Shown here one piece after another: positions 22,536 through 33,034 of a stretch of 64,000 nucleotides of DNA. The first letter of the stretch is position 1. Every line of letters begins with the position of its first letter. The translations under genes were made by a program, and so were the position numbers. Source of the DNA: Dehalococcoidia bacterium (GTDB taxonomy: Bacteria; Chloroflexota; Dehalococcoidia; SHYB01); contig OZ253453.1 of assembly GCA_965261455.1 (NCBI GenBank), forward strand, positions 579,444 through 643,443. Reading direction: 5' to 3'. The notes beneath the pieces are model-generated. The model did not search any database, was not told the DNA's origin, and saw only the letters and a list, made by a program, of their open reading frames with translations.

Positions 22536-22618
22536 CGATCTTCACGATGGTGCTTTCATTGAATCTCCTCGGCGACGGCCTCCGCGATGCCCTTGATCCC
22601 CGACCGAGCCGCTCCTGA
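22536..22618 (+). pseudogene. DppC-type permease C-terminal stub
   Basis: FTMVLSLNLLGDGLRDALDPR then stop, fused directly onto the RidA remnant. Confidence 0.8.
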
Positions 22619-22874
22619 CCGCGAGGAGCCGGAAGGACGATGGGCGCGCCCCCGCCATGGCGCCAAAGGATTCTCCCCGGACCGGCTCCCCAAACTCCGT
22701 TGGCCGGTTCGGTCTCGGAAAGACGATTGAACAGCTCCAGGATTCAAACAGCACGGCAAGGCCCTGACTTGTGTTAGGATGGCAAATCCGGTCCGCTGAG
22801 GCTATGCCCGGCGATCCGATTCGCGACGGCAGGAGATCAGACATTCGATGGCTTTGTTGAAAACATCCGGGCAA

Positions 22875-22962
22875 ACGTCCTTTTCCCACCTCACCCGCCC
22901 TCGACATGCTTCTGGGGGATGTGCCCCCAACCCCACTCCATCTGGGAGGGTGGGTGGGAAGA
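22875..22962. repeat. Interspersed palindromic repeat (GGGGGATGTGCCCCCA family), copy 1
   Basis: 22875-22930 is close to the reverse complement of 28822-28878; both contain GGGGGATGTGCCCCCAA. Confidence 0.7.
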
Positions 22963-23040
22963 ACACGCCTGTGAGGAGAGGATTTCAATAAAGCGACATC
23001 CGGTCCAGAAAAAGAGGGGAAGTGTAAAGAGGGGAAGTGT

Positions 23041-24708
23041 ATGGGACAAGTTACTGCGGGTCAGCTCCTGGCCCAAGCCCTTGCGGCCGAAGGCGTGGAC
23101 ACGTTCTTTCACCTCCAAGAGCGGGAACGTCTCGTTTATGATTTGACCACGGCCGGGCTGAGAGCGGTCCTGGTTCGCAACGAGCTGGCCGGGGGGATGA
23201 TGGCGCACGCCTACAGCCGAGTGGCTGGCAAGCCGGGCGTAGTTCTCACGGCTCCCGGCCCCGGCACCGCGAACCTTGTCCCGGCCATGGCCAACGCCCT
23301 TGCGGACGCTTGCCCCGTCATCGCCTTAGGAGCGTCGGCTCATCTGCTGGACCGTCACACGGGTACTTTTCAAGAAATGGACCAGGTGAGATTGATGGAG
23401 CCAGCCACGAAATGGGCTGCCCAACTCACCCATCCCCACAGGATTGCCGAGTACGTCAGCTCGGCGTTCCGCCATGCGCTTGCCGCTCCCCAAGGGCCGG
23501 TGTATCTCGACTTGCCCGCAGACGTCGTGGAACAGGGGCCGCCGATAGACGAAGAGCAGGCGAAGCGGCCCACCAAATACCGGACACAGGCGCGGCCGCA
23601 TGCAGATCCTGCTCTCGTCGAGCAGGCGATCGAGCTGTTGGCCCAGGCCCAGAAGCCCCTCGTTGTCGCGGGCAGCGGCGTGCTGTGGTCGGGCGCCAGC
23701 AGCGAGCTGCAGGGTTTCGTCGACCTCACGGGGACCCCCTTTTTCACGACGCCTCAAGCTCGCGGGGTCATTCCTGAAGACCATCCTCTCTTCTTTGGCG
23801 GGGCTCGGTCGATGGCGTTTCGAGAGGCGGATGTGGTGCTGGTGGTGGGCACACGAGCCAATATCATCTCGACCTTCTTCTTGCCGCCCCGGTGGAATCC
23901 GGACGTGAAGATCATCGCGGTGAATCTGGACCCGACGGAGATCGGCAAAAACGCCCCGGTGGAGGTCGGCCTGTACGGCGACGCTCAGGCGGTGTTGCGC
24001 CAGCTCACCGATGCAGCCAGGGGCCGATTCGAGCCGCGCCGGTCCGAATGGGTCAGTGCCCTCGCCAAACGCGACGCCAGCCGATCGGAGCGCGAGGCAC
24101 AGCACCTCAACTCCGACCAGACGCCGATCCACCCGCTCCGACTGTGCCGCGAAGTTGGAGCTTTCATGGACCGCGACGCCATACTCGCCCTGGATGGGAA
24201 TGAGACTCTGGTCTATGGCAATCAATCGATCCTGACTTTCGTGCCAGGGCACCGGCTCACTCCAGGGCCTCATGGGACCATGGGTGTGGGCGTGCCTTTC
24301 GGGATCGGGGCCCAGCTCGCCAAGCCTGACAAGCAGGTCGTGGTCCTCACTGGAGATGGGGCGTTCGGCTGGTATGGCATCGAGGTCGATACGGCAGTCC
24401 GCTACCAGCTTCCGGTGCTGTTCGTGATTTGCAACAATGGAGGGTATGCGGCCGCTTTCGAAGGGATCGATAACCCGCAGCGAGAGCTGGGCTTCACTCG
24501 GTACGACCGGATGATGGAAGCCCTGGGAGGCCACGGCGAGTTCGTCGAGCGCCCGGAGGCCATCCGGCCTGCCCTCGAACGGGCCTACGCCTCCGGCAGA
24601 CCAGCAGCGGTAAACGTCATCACGGACCCCTACGCCAGCGCCAGCACCGCGGCGTTCTTCACCAGGCCTGATCGCCAGGGCGTCGGTGACGTCGGGTGGT
24701 ATCTATAG
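23041..24708 (+). CDS. Thiamine-diphosphate enzyme (ALS-like / 2-hydroxyacyl-CoA lyase or oxalyl-CoA decarboxylase-like)
   Basis: VRNE catalytic Glu, APGPGTAN, GTFQEMDQ, GTMGVGVPF, GDGAFG..NNGG ThDP motif. Confidence 0.9.
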   Translation: MGQVTAGQLLAQALAAEGVDTFFHLQERERLVYDLTTAGLRAVLVRNELAGGMMAHAYSRVAGKPGVVLTAPGPGTANLVPAMANALADACPVIALGASAHLLDRHTGTFQEMDQVRLMEPATKWAAQLTHPHRIAEYVSSAFRHALAAPQGPVYLDLPADVVEQGPPIDEEQAKRPTKYRTQARPHADPALVEQAIELLAQAQKPLVVAGSGVLWSGASSELQGFVDLTGTPFFTTPQARGVIPEDHPLFFGGARSMAFREADVVLVVGTRANIISTFFLPPRWNPDVKIIAVNLDPTEIGKNAPVEVGLYGDAQAVLRQLTDAARGRFEPRRSEWVSALAKRDASRSEREAQHLNSDQTPIHPLRLCREVGAFMDRDAILALDGNETLVYGNQSILTFVPGHRLTPGPHGTMGVGVPFGIGAQLAKPDKQVVVLTGDGAFGWYGIEVDTAVRYQLPVLFVICNNGGYAAAFEGIDNPQRELGFTRYDRMMEALGGHGEFVERPEAIRPALERAYASGRPAAVNVITDPYASASTAAFFTRPDRQGVGDVGWYL

Positions 24709-24811
24709 AGATGCTGGCCGACCATGTCGCCCCACCGGCGGCGCCCTCTGCTGGCCCTGGCAAGCGGCACGCAGGGACGAATACCCTTGGGTCCTCGGAG
24801 GAGGTAACCTG

Positions 24812-26041
24812 ATGCCAGCAGTGCTGGAAGGCATTCGAGTTCTCGATTTGTCGCGTATCGGCGCCGGGCCGCTCAGCGCTCAGATGCTGGGCGACCTGGG
24901 CGCGGACGTCATCAAGGTGGAGGACGTAGAAGGCGGTATGCTGGATCGCCGCGTGACCTACCCCTGGTTGAACGACGAAGCCCTGCTCGTCCTGCAAATG
25001 AACCGCAATAAGCGCAGCATCGCCGTCGACATCAGCAGCCCTGAAGGCAAGGACATCATCTACAAGCTTGCACGACAATCGGATGTCGTGGTCACTAACT
25101 TCCGGCCCTCGGTGAAAAAACGCCTGAAGGTCGCCTACGAAGACCTTCGCCGCTTGAACGAGAAGATCATCTACGTCTCCGTCTCCGGCTTCGGCGAGAC
25201 CGGGCCGTACTGTGAAAAAAAGGGACAGGACCTTCTCGCCCAGGCCATGAGCGGGGCCATGTGGATGAACAGCTTTGCCGATAATCCGCCCATCCCCATC
25301 GGGACCCTCATCGCCGACCTGGACACGGCGAAGCTGTCGGCCTATGGAGTCCTCGCCGCCCTCATCGCACGAGACCGTTTCGGCGTGGGGCAAGAAGTGC
25401 AGGTCTCCTTGCTCGACACTATGATCGATCTGCAGATGCACGATGCCTTCTATCAGGTCAATGGAGGCGGCATGTATCGCCGCGGCCGTCACGGCAGGGG
25501 AAACAGTTTCGGCTCGGGAGTCCCGTACGGGGCGTACGAGACCAGCGACGGCAAATGGATCGCCATATCCGCCGGACTAGCCGAGGTCTGCTACGCTCTG
25601 GGGATCGAGGACCTGTCCCAGGACCCCCGCTACGACACGTGGGAGAAGCAGCGAGAGCACCAGGATGAGCTCTGGCGGTTCGTTGAGCGGGCGATGGCCG
25701 AGTACACGGCGGAGCAGGCGCTGGGTTTATTCGAGGCCGCCGATATCTGGGCGGCGCCGGTCTACGACTACGAGGAAGCTTTCCTTGACCCCCAGGTGCT
25801 CCACAATAAGATGCTGATCGAAGTGGAAAACCCCCGAGGTGGGACGTTTAAGACCACGGGGATGCCGGTGAAGTTGTCGCACACGCCCGCCGGACCGCGC
25901 AGGCGCCCACCCCGCTATGCCGAGCACACGGCGGAAGTGCTCAAGTCGTTGGGCTACTCGCCGAGTGCAATCAAGAGGCTGGCCGAGAAGAGAGCCGAGA
26001 AGAGCGTGGTCGTCTTGGGCGAGTTGCCGGCGGACTCATAG
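24812..26041 (+). CDS. CaiB/BaiF family III CoA-transferase (formyl-CoA transferase-like)
   Basis: ATG 24812 after GGAGG; LEGIRVLDLSR, NRNKRS, NFRP, IADLDTA (Asp), VPYGAYETSDG. Confidence 0.92.
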   Translation: MPAVLEGIRVLDLSRIGAGPLSAQMLGDLGADVIKVEDVEGGMLDRRVTYPWLNDEALLVLQMNRNKRSIAVDISSPEGKDIIYKLARQSDVVVTNFRPSVKKRLKVAYEDLRRLNEKIIYVSVSGFGETGPYCEKKGQDLLAQAMSGAMWMNSFADNPPIPIGTLIADLDTAKLSAYGVLAALIARDRFGVGQEVQVSLLDTMIDLQMHDAFYQVNGGGMYRRGRHGRGNSFGSGVPYGAYETSDGKWIAISAGLAEVCYALGIEDLSQDPRYDTWEKQREHQDELWRFVERAMAEYTAEQALGLFEAADIWAAPVYDYEEAFLDPQVLHNKMLIEVENPRGGTFKTTGMPVKLSHTPAGPRRRPPRYAEHTAEVLKSLGYSPSAIKRLAEKRAEKSVVVLGELPADS

Positions 26042-26209
26042 CGGGACAATCGTGAGCTTTATCTGCCAAACCCCCTCATGATCCGCCCAAGGCCCGGTTG
26101 ACATCTTATGCACCGTGGTCTACGGCAGCGGGACTTTAAAAACCACGTGCCGCAAGAAGCAGGGACCTTGCACCGATGACGTTCCTGTAGCCGCGTGAGG
26201 TGGCAAGAC

Positions 26210-26344
26210 GTGCGAAAGACAACCAGGATTCTGAAGCTGAGGAAACCGTTGCTGCATCTCCCCGTTCTCGGAGTGGTCCTAGCGCTGATCGTCGCGGCTT
26301 GTGGAGGCGGCGAGGCGACGCCCACGCCCACCACACAGCTGTAG
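26210..26344 (+). pseudogene. ABC substrate-binding lipoprotein, signal-peptide stub
   Basis: GTG start; LGVVLALIVAACGGGEATPTP then stop, resembling the N-terminus of 19101-20825. TTGACA at 26098 upstream. Confidence 0.7.
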
Positions 26345-26357
26345 GAGTTGATTCACG

Positions 26358-27236
26358 ATGCAAGCATTCGAGGGCAAGGTCGCCGTCATCACCGGCGCCG
26401 CTGAAGGGATCGGCAGGGCTCTGGCGGAGCGCAGCGGGGCAGAGGGCATGAAGTTCGTCCTGGCGGAGTCCGGGGAGAGGCTCTGGCTCGCGCTGAAGCC
26501 GAACTCAAAGCAACGGGCGTGACTTGCCCTCGCCGTGACGACTGACGTCTCCCGCGCCGAGGAGGTCGAGGCGCTGGCGGAGAAGACACTCAGCGCCTTC
26601 GGGGGTGTCCACTTGCTCTGCAACAACGCCGGCGCGGGCACGATGAAGCTGGTCTGGGAGTGCACGCTTCGCGATTGGGAGTGGGTGATGGGCGTGAACT
26701 TCTGGGGCGTGGGTCATGGCATCCGCGTCTTCGCCCCGATCATGCTCGAACAGGACGAGGAAAGCCACATCGTCAGCACGTCGTCGGCGACGGCGCTCCT
26801 CCCTTCCCCGAGAACGGGTGTCTACAACGGCGCCAAGGCCGCCATCATGGCGCTATCGGAGACCCTCTACCTGGAGCTCAAGGAGCGGAACGCCAAGGTG
26901 GGCGTCTCGGTCCTGTGCCCCGGCCTTGTCCGGACTGGCCTGGCGCCGGACAGGCACCGTCCCTCCGCCCTCATGAACGAGAACGAACGGCCCAGGACGG
27001 CCGAGGAAGAGCAGTGGGCCCGTGGCCTCCGGGCCGTGATGAATCAAGGGATGCCCCCTGAGCAGGTCGCCGACATCGTGTTCCAGGGTGTCAGGGACAA
27101 CCGGTTCCTTATCTTCACGCACCCGGAGAACAAAGCGGCGGTGCGGGCGCGCATGGAGAACCTCCTTAACGACCGCAATCCGGAGAACGGTACCCAAGGG
27201 GTCGGGGTCTTTGTACAGTCTGTGTCCGGGACTTAG
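26358..27236 (+). pseudogene. SDR family oxidoreductase, frameshifted
   Basis: MQAFEGKVAVITGAAEGIG; frame disrupted about 26470-26520; then CNNAG, YNGAK, VLCPG. Confidence 0.8.
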
Positions 27237-27323
27237 AAGCCAGTCGTTCGGGAACGCTATGCCCTATTTAAGAGCGCCTCACAAAACCCCAAGTTATCCC
27301 GAAATCCCCTCGCCCTTCGAGGG

Positions 27324-28607
27324 TGTATAGACCGGGGACATCATTAACGGGTGTTCGGAGACATGGTTTACACCTGCTGCAGGCAAACGAAGCGGCAGGA
27401 GGTGGACCATTCCTTGGCAGGAGGCATCCATGGTGTCCTTGAGGTATGAGTTCGTCAGACTCGCTGAGCGGGAGGGAGCGAACATTCGGGAGCTGTGTCG
27501 GCGCTTCACGATCTCGCCGCCCACCGCGTACAAGTGGCTCAGCCGCTACGCACAGGAGGGAGCGGCTGGCCTCGCCGATAGGTCGCGCCGCCCACGCGGC
27601 TCACCCCGCCGGACCGCGGCGGCACTCGAGCAGGCCGTCCTCGGGATCCGCGAGGAGCATCCCGCTTGGGGAGGCCGCACCATACGCAAGGTCCTGCTCG
27701 ATAGGGACGGCGGCCCGGTGCCCAGCCCGAGCACCATCACGGCGATCCTGCGCCGGCACGACCGCATCGCCATTGCCGAACGTGCCCAGCGCGACTGGCA
27801 ACGGTTCGAGCATCCTCGCCCCAATGACCTCTGGCAGATGGACTTCAAGGGCCACTTCCCCACCGGCGTTGGCCGGTGCCATCCCTTGACTATCGTCGAC
27901 GACCACTCGCGCTTCGCCATTGGCCTTCAGGCATGCGCCGACGAGCGCACCGGGACGGTGCAGGAACGGCTGCGCGCCATCTTCCGTGTCTATGGCCTGC
28001 CCGAACGCCTGCTCATGGACAACGGCTCCCCTTGGGGCAGCGATGCCGCCCACCCGCGCACCCCCCTCACCGTCTGGCTCCTGCGCCTCGGCATCCGGGT
28101 GAACCACGGGCGCCCGTACCATCCGCAGACCCAAGGCAAGGGGGAGCGCTTCCACCGGACGCTGAAGGCCGAGGTGCTGCAAGGCAGGCACTTCGCCGAC
28201 CTCCCCGCCTGCCAGGAAGCCTTCGACCGCTGGCGCACTGTCTACAACATGGAGCGCCCGCACCAGGCGTTGGAGCTGGCGGTGCCCATCAGCCGCTACG
28301 CACCGAGCCCGCGCCGCTTCCCGGAGACGCTGTCGCCGATCGCGTACGGGGACGCAGACCTGGTACGGAAGGTGGGAGCTGAGGGGTGGGTGAGCTTCAA
28401 GGGCCGGACGTTCAAGGTGGGCAGAGCACTGCGCGGCTACCCGGTGGCGCTCCGGCCGGCGGCCTCGGACGGCGTCTGGGGCGTGTGGTTCATGACGCAC
28501 CCTATCGCAGAGGTGGACCTGCGCAGCCCGGAACCGCTCGTCAGGAGACACCCCCATGTGTAAACCATGTCCCCGAACACCTGTAAACCTTCTCTCCGGT
28601 CTTTACA
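27324..28607 (+). mobile_element. IS481-family insertion sequence (1284 bp)
   Basis: TGT...ACA ends. Imperfect TIRs of about 50 bp (TGTATAGACCGGGGAC..GGTGTTCGGAGACATGGTTTACAC vs TGTAAAGACCGGAGAG..GGTGTTCGGGGACATGGTTTACAC); single transposase ORF. Confidence 0.93.
27409..28563 (+). CDS. IS481-family DDE transposase
   Basis: HTH (TAYKWLSRY), WQMDFKG, MDNG, PQTQGKGERFH, YNMERPHQAL. The conserved xPWQE N-terminus begins with ATT at 27409; next in-frame ATG at 27430. Confidence 0.92.
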   Translation: MPWQEASMVSLRYEFVRLAEREGANIRELCRRFTISPPTAYKWLSRYAQEGAAGLADRSRRPRGSPRRTAAALEQAVLGIREEHPAWGGRTIRKVLLDRDGGPVPSPSTITAILRRHDRIAIAERAQRDWQRFEHPRPNDLWQMDFKGHFPTGVGRCHPLTIVDDHSRFAIGLQACADERTGTVQERLRAIFRVYGLPERLLMDNGSPWGSDAAHPRTPLTVWLLRLGIRVNHGRPYHPQTQGKGERFHRTLKAEVLQGRHFADLPACQEAFDRWRTVYNMERPHQALELAVPISRYAPSPRRFPETLSPIAYGDADLVRKVGAEGWVSFKGRTFKVGRALRGYPVALRPAASDGVWGVWFMTHPIAEVDLRSPEPLVRRHPHV

Positions 28608-28633
28608 GGGGGAGAGGGTTAGGGTGAGGGTGA
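28608..28633. repeat. REP-like palindrome half interrupted by IS481 (other half 27306-27323)
   Basis: Removing the IS rejoins CCCCTCGCCCTTCGAGGG with GGAGAGGGTTAGGGTGAGGG, matching the REP-like family at 53715, 58099 and 63145. Confidence 0.7.
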
Positions 28634-28821
28634 GCCGCCTATTTTCATGGCAATGACAGCCGCAGATTTGCTTGATTGTAGGACCGCGTTTTGTCAAACG
28701 CTGGCTTTGTTGAAACCATGGTAGCACCTGTCCTCTTCCGATCCGCCCTCCCTCGGAGTGTGATTCAGGGGGACACCCCCCTGGCCCCCGCTAAAGGGGG
28801 CTTCCCCCTCTGGCAGGGGGT

Positions 28822-28878
28822 TTGGGGGATGTGCCCCCAAACACATCTTGAGGGCGGGCGAGGTGGGAAAAGGGCGTC
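28822..28878. repeat. Interspersed palindromic repeat (GGGGGATGTGCCCCCA family), copy 2
   Basis: Inverted near-copy of 22875-22930. Confidence 0.7.
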
Positions 28879-29063
28879 TGCCCCGAGGCTTCCAACAAAA
28901 CCTTAACCGCTCTAAGCCAACGCCCTTGAGCGCCTACCGACCGTTTGGAACGTAGGCCACCAGGTCATAGGTCACGGAACACGAGGGCACCGGAAGGCCT
29001 GGCGAGGCCTTGAACGCCGAAGCCGGCGGCTCGCGAGCGACGGTCGCCGGAGGACGTGACGGC

Positions 29064-30463
29064 TCAGGCCGGCACCGCGACGACGTCGATCTCCAGCTGG
29101 AGCTCGGGGTAAGGCCCGATCTCATCCGCGCCGATGACCGTGGTCGGCGGGACCTTGCCGCCGTAGATCACCCGTGCCACGCGCTCCAGGGCCGCCAACT
29201 TGGACACGTCCACCAGATACAGGACCTGGTGGACCACCCGCGAAATGTCGGAGCCCGCTTCCTTCAGGAGCTGCTCGTAGGTCCGATAGATGTGCCATGC
29301 CTGGCACATCATCGTTTCGGCTTCGGGGTCATCGAAGTGGCCAAGGCCCATCAACTTGCCGTGGTCTCGGAGCTGGTCGAAGGTCACGATGGGGAAATTC
29401 GCCCGGTCGCGCCCTGAGTAGCCGGTGAGAAAATGAGCGGCCCGGCGGCCTGGGTCATGGGTATCGGCCCACTGACGATCTCGGGGTAGGTGCCGCCTAC
29501 CTTCTTCCAGTCGCCGCTTGGGACGACGGCCACGGCATCCAACACCGCGACGGCTTCGGGGTCGCCGCTGAGCCGCCCGGACCCCGTGGTGAATCCCGTG
29601 ATGGTAGGCGCCGTCGCCGGGTCCGAGTGAGCGTGGCTGTACATCGGAATGTAGGCCCCGACGTCGGTCATCCCCACCGACGTGCAGAGGTTGTATCGCA
29701 GCATATGGTCCATGGTGGCGCCCTGGCTCTCCAGCACGCGACGCGAGTGGGCCGTGATGAACGCCATCTGCGCTTTGAACGCCTCGACGGAGACGTCGGT
29801 GTGATAGTTGCCGGTCTCCACGGCCTGGCGCTCCTCGGCAGGCGCCTCCCCCAGCCGGGTCGCGACGCGGCCCGTGGCGGGGTTCACGCCATAGAGGCCG
29901 GACGTGAACAGCAAGTCGCCCACGCGGATCGCCTGCGGGTAGGGATGGGTGACCGCGTCCAGGTCGGGCACGCGCACCGGCGACTTCGTGAGGCCGCCTT
30001 GCTCAGGAACGACGGCGAGGACCTCGACGACGATCCGATAGTCGCCGTGGTAGCCGTTGGTGGTCATCCGTGCGATGGTGGTCGCCGGCCTCTCGCCGGG
30101 GAAAAACTGGAGCATCACCCTCTCTGCGTTACGGATGTCCTGATAGTCGCGCAGATACAGGCGCTGTCGAACGATGTGCTCCAGCGACGACCCCTGAGAT
30201 TTTAGGATTTCGGACAGGTTCTCGTAGACCCGCCACGTCTGGGCATTGATGGGGCCCTCCCGGCCGTCTCCGTGGACCCCCCAGGATCTGAGTCCCTCTT
30301 GGACGCTGGGGTGCAGGTCGGAGAGCTTCCGCACCGCCCGCCCGGTTTGCATGTCCCTGGGCGCCTGGGCCGAGAGAAAGAGAAACTGGCCTGCTCGACA
30401 GCCAGTCGGCACCACACTCAGGCTCTCCAGTTCTGCCGGATGCCAAAAATCGTGTCGTTCCAT
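29064..30463 (-). pseudogene. Three-domain RidA/YjgF protein (about 466 aa) with one -1 frameshift
   Basis: Three YjgF-like units (GQFLFLSAQ, GDLLFTSG, GPLIFLTG once a C is restored near 29415), each ending in a (E/D).(L/V)A-type strand. Confidence 0.8.
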
Positions 30464-30492
30464 GGGTTGGGGTACTCCTGAATCCGATCAGA

Positions 30493-31412
30493 TTAGAACA
30501 TCGCGATGGGGTTCACTATACAGCCCGTGCCCCCGACCACGGGTAGCGGGCAGATCGTCAGCATGAACTCGTAGCGGCCCTCCTCGGCGCACGCCCGGGA
30601 CAAGGGCTCCAGCAAGCAGCTGTCCAACAGGCAGAGGCCGTAGTGATAGAGGGCAGCATGGGGCAGGATGAGCATATCGTCATAGCCATTGGGCATGAGA
30701 TCGTGCATGTCCCAACCCATCACGGCAACATCATGGTCGCGGAGGAACGGCAAACAAGTGGCGTGAAGCCCAGGGCGCGGCGGCCCGATAGGGTACCCCC
30801 CGCGGTCGCGGGCGTAGGCATCCCGGCCGCTGTAGACGATGACGGCGTCGCCCGGCCCGACGGTTACGCCTTCCTCTTTGGCGATATCGTCAAGCTCCCA
30901 GCCGTGGACCGGCTTCTCGAACGTGACGAAAGCCTCTCCGCGGTGTTTTGGGACGTCCAAAAGAACGCCCCTGGTGATGATGCCCTCTTGCCATTCCTCG
31001 ACGCCCCCGAAGGCGGCCCCCTTGTCCGTAATCATTGCTTTGGGGTCCCAGCCTTCCCATCCGCCGCCTTCGTCCCACAGGTGCGATGGGGCATCGAGGT
31101 GGGTACTCTGCGGGGTATGGTAATCGATGCCGTAAAAATGACGGCTTCTCCGCCCTGCCCGTGCTTGAACGTGTAGGTCCAATGGATGACCGACCGCGGA
31201 TTGTCAGGCGTCGGGCTCAATGGCAGCGGCCGGCTCAGGGAAACCGAGCGGCCGGTCTTCACCAGATGGGCCGCTTCCACGCGCTTCTCCGGGGTGATGA
31301 GATTGATCGTCCCTTTGCCCGCCTGGTCGCCCCATCGGCCCCAGTTACTTCGTTTGGTCAGGAACTCTTTGGCGGTCTTCTCGTCCGGGACAACGGGTTC
31401 CAAAACAGCCAT
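30493..31412 (-). pseudogene. Cyclase/kynurenine-formamidase-like metal hydrolase, frameshifted
   Basis: SNWGRWG..GTINLITPE, H..THLDAPSH, RGVLLDV, GWD, LD..LLEPL; frame switch near 31150. Confidence 0.85.
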
Positions 31413-31440
31413 CCGTTTCCAGAAACTTGGGGAGTCGCGA

Positions 31441-32185
31441 TCAGTCTCGGGTCAACAGCTCCGCGCCGCCCCGTCTGACAAAGAACTGGTCCCCGCACAT
31501 GGAGCAAGCGCCGATGTCCGCCTTGTAGAGCATCGGGTGCATGACCATATAGGCGTTTTCCGGGATCGGAGTAACGTCGTCTTCGCTGACGTTGAACCCC
31601 TCGCCGATGCTCATTCCCAGGCCATGGCCGAAACGCTGTCCGGCCGGCACCTCGAAGCCATGTTCGTTCAGTACGCCGGACGCGGCCCTGAACAGGTCCT
31701 GCCCGGTTACGCCCGGCCTGACCAGCGGCAACATGGCGTCATGGGCCGCTCGAGTCGCGTCCAGCATCCGGCGCTTCTGTTCGCTCACGTTCCCCACCAG
31801 CATGGTACGACAGACCTGGCCGTAGTAGCCATGGTAGCGAGCGCTGACCTCGACCCCAACGATATCGCCTTCGGTGAAGACCTCGTCGCCGCGGACGTCG
31901 CCCCAGAACCACGGCGACTCGCCGGCGCCCATATACAGCACGGCCTGCTCCGCTCCGGCATGGGCCGCCGCGTGCCGCGCGTTGGCGACCGCATCCGCCT
32001 GACGGGCGCCCTGCTTGACGGTGGCCAGGAACGCGTCCATTCCGATCTTGGACAGTTCGCAGCCTTGCGGATGTAAGGTTCCTCGCTGAAAGCTCTCGAG
32101 AGTTGCGTGCTATGCACGAGGCCCGCAGCGTCAACGATCCGGGCCGAAGGCATCCCACGCCGCAGCCCGTCGAGCCAAGTCGACC
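31441..32185 (-). pseudogene. M24 (Xaa-Pro peptidase-like) protein, 5'-truncated and frameshifted
   Basis: GYYGQVCRT, GHGLGMSIGE pita-bread fold; -1 frameshift near 32060; no start. Confidence 0.75.
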
Positions 32186-32905
32186 CTCAAGTTGATTCGA
32201 TCGGTGAAGACCCCCCAGGAGGTCGCGATCCTCCGGAAAGCCAATGAGATTAACCTGAGAGGGCTCGAGGACGTGCTGATCGCCCTGAAGGAGGGGGCTC
32301 TCTTCAACGAGGCTCTGATCCAGCACGATATCCGTGCTGCAAAAGAAGGAGCCATGCGAAGCGTCGGGAAGAGGGTCAGCGGGATCGGCAGATACGCCTC
32401 CCACATTTTCCCGATACCCTACCTGGAAACCTATCAGCCCCAAAAAGGCGATTTGATTCGATTCGACTTCGAGATAACGTATGAACGTTACTGGTCCGAT
32501 CTGGGCAGGACCGCGTGCATAGGCGAGCCGAGCGCGAAGGCCGTTCAGTACTACCAGGCGATGGTGGCGGGCCGAGAGGCCGCGATGGAGAAGATGCGTC
32601 CGGGAAACACGGCGCACGACGTGCAGAAGGCTGCCGTCAAGGCGATTCAGGAGAACGGCAACCCGAATTTCGTCGTGGGCAATGGCCTCCCCATGTTCCA
32701 CAATATCGGGCTCGAGCTGTATGAGGTGTGGTCGTGGTATCCCAAAGGCGACTTCGTGATCGAAGAGGACATGGCCATCAACTTCGAGGCGCCTTACTTC
32801 GAGATGGGATTTGGCGGCATGCAGCTCGAGGACACCTACCTCATCAAGCAAGACGGCGTGGTCGATCTCTCCCCCACCCTTTCCCGCGACATCTTGATCG
32901 TCTAG
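32186..32905 (+). pseudogene. M24 (Xaa-Pro peptidase-like) protein, C-terminal domain only
   Basis: IRSVKTPQEV, YWSDLGRT, HNIGLELYE, EAPYFE..QLEDT; N-terminal domain and start absent. Confidence 0.8.
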
Positions 32906-32935
32906 CGTGGTGTCCCTGAAATGCGCTCATGAATT

Positions 32936-33034
32936 GTCATTGCGAGGAGGCGGCAGCCGACGAAGCAATCCGGAGGAGGGGCGACCCCTGCCGCCAGATT
33001 GCCACGGCCCTCCTTCGTCGGGCCTCGCAATGAC
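32936..33034. repeat. REP/MITE-like element with GTCATTGCGAGG...CCTCGCAATGAC terminal inverted repeat
   Basis: 12-bp perfect terminal IR with internal GAAGCAATC / GATTGCC. Confidence 0.8.
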
